64,000 bases of DNA from Rhodanobacteraceae bacterium (GTDB lineage Bacteria; Acidobacteriota; Terriglobia; Terriglobales; Acidobacteriaceae): the NCBI GenBank assembly GCA_025350865.1, contig JANXWZ010000196.1, positions 5,895-69,894 of the forward strand, given 5' to 3'. Both the position numbers and the translations under genes were made by a program. The notes beneath the pieces were generated by a model, which was not told where the DNA came from, did not search any database, and saw only the letters and a list, made by a program, of their open reading frames with translations. This document shows positions 63,536 to 64,000 of this stretch, in pieces (position 1 is the stretch's first letter; each line of letters opens with the position of its first letter).

Positions 63536-63780
63536 TCAGAAGCTGCTCCCCGCCATGTGCCATAGAGGGTCCATCCTTTCCGGCAGGAAATACCGTCTGT
63601 AGTCGTCGGTGACAACATCCCAAACCACCTTGCCGGTCTTGATGTCCAGCGCGATGATGTGCATGTCAGTGGTGGGGAAGATGAGCTTGTCCCCGCCGAT
63701 AGCGAGTGCGCGCTTGGTTCTGTAAAAGACGTCGCGGTGGTAGGAGGCGGGGCATAAAGGGAAGCTTCAGAAGGGGATGC
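63536..63780 (-). pseudogene. Fragment of a PQQ-type beta-propeller (quinoprotein dehydrogenase-like)
   Basis: Manual translation TKRALAIGGDKLIFPTTDMHIIALDIKTGKVVWD contains the Trp-docking motif. Both flanks are out of frame or unrelated. Confidence 0.7.
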
Positions 63781-63798
63781 ATCGGACAGTCTATGACA

Positions 63799-63845
63799 AC
63801 AAACCGCGCAGTGGCGGACACAAAGTCGACCACTGCGCGGTTTGT
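63799..63845. terminator. Long inverted repeat, probable terminator of the gene ending at 63954
   Basis: 16-bp arms ACAAACCGCGCAGTGG/CCACTGCGCGGTTTGT. Confidence 0.6.
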
Positions 63846-63953
63846 GGGCACTTCTCTTCAAAGCTCGTTACGTCTAGCGGAATAGCCGCGGTGCGAAGTC
63901 GTTGAAAGAACGCCGCCAGGTCAGCCACTCATGAGCCGTTCCGGGGACTCGAA

Positions 63954-64000
63954 TTAAACGTTCTTCACGCCTGCGGTCTGCAAGGTGTCGCTGAAGGCTT
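63954..64000 (-). CDS. C-terminal end of a gene continuing beyond the window
   Basis: Open frame ...AFSDTLQTAGVKNV-stop followed by a hairpin. Too short to identify. Confidence 0.4.
   Translation of the reverse strand, partial: AFSDTLQTAGVKNV

Noticed and set aside
1-64000. CRISPR arrays, rRNA genes, intact IS elements or prophage genes
   Set aside because: None recognised: no spaced repeats, transposase motifs or phage structural genes seen.

Overview
Bacterial chromosomal window, most likely Acidobacteriota (Terriglobia-like). This is inferred from the acidobacterial-type TonB-dependent receptor, the ASH/Ig lipoprotein and the tandem lepB genes. Layout: (1) 0-14 kb is mostly core or envelope genes: a LytTR-type regulator, a VapBC-like pair, two ECF sigma/anti-sigma operons, rlmB, two zincin-fold proteins with broken HEXXH motifs, asmA, lepB-lepB-rnc and tRNA-Ala(GGC). 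(2) 14-23.2 kb is an accessory island that begins with a dead tyrosine-integrase fragment at the tRNA 3' end. It encodes a tannase and the GalD/GalB/GalC 4-oxalomesaconate pathway. It has no GalA/LigB dioxygenase; the only ring-cleaving candidate is a VOC (XylE-type) dioxygenase whose conserved second-sphere His is replaced by Tyr. This is the best candidate for an undescribed system. (3) 23-33 kb holds trehalose/alpha-glucan genes (treZ, treY, treS-mak), a glycosyltransferase-like protein lacking DxD, and a CmpX-like membrane protein. (4) 33-46 kb holds a GH3/TIM-barrel/diheme cytochrome c run, an Ig-repeat lipoprotein, a eutBC-fpg-glycerate kinase run, a polyacidic small protein and tRNA-Arg(CCG). 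(5) 46-64 kb is a partly decayed glycan-utilisation locus: GH54 remnant, esterases, two GH120-like beta-helix paralogs, GH127 and a TonB-dependent receptor, with one LacI-type operator motif at four promoters. All family calls come from motif recognition by eye; no database searches were run.
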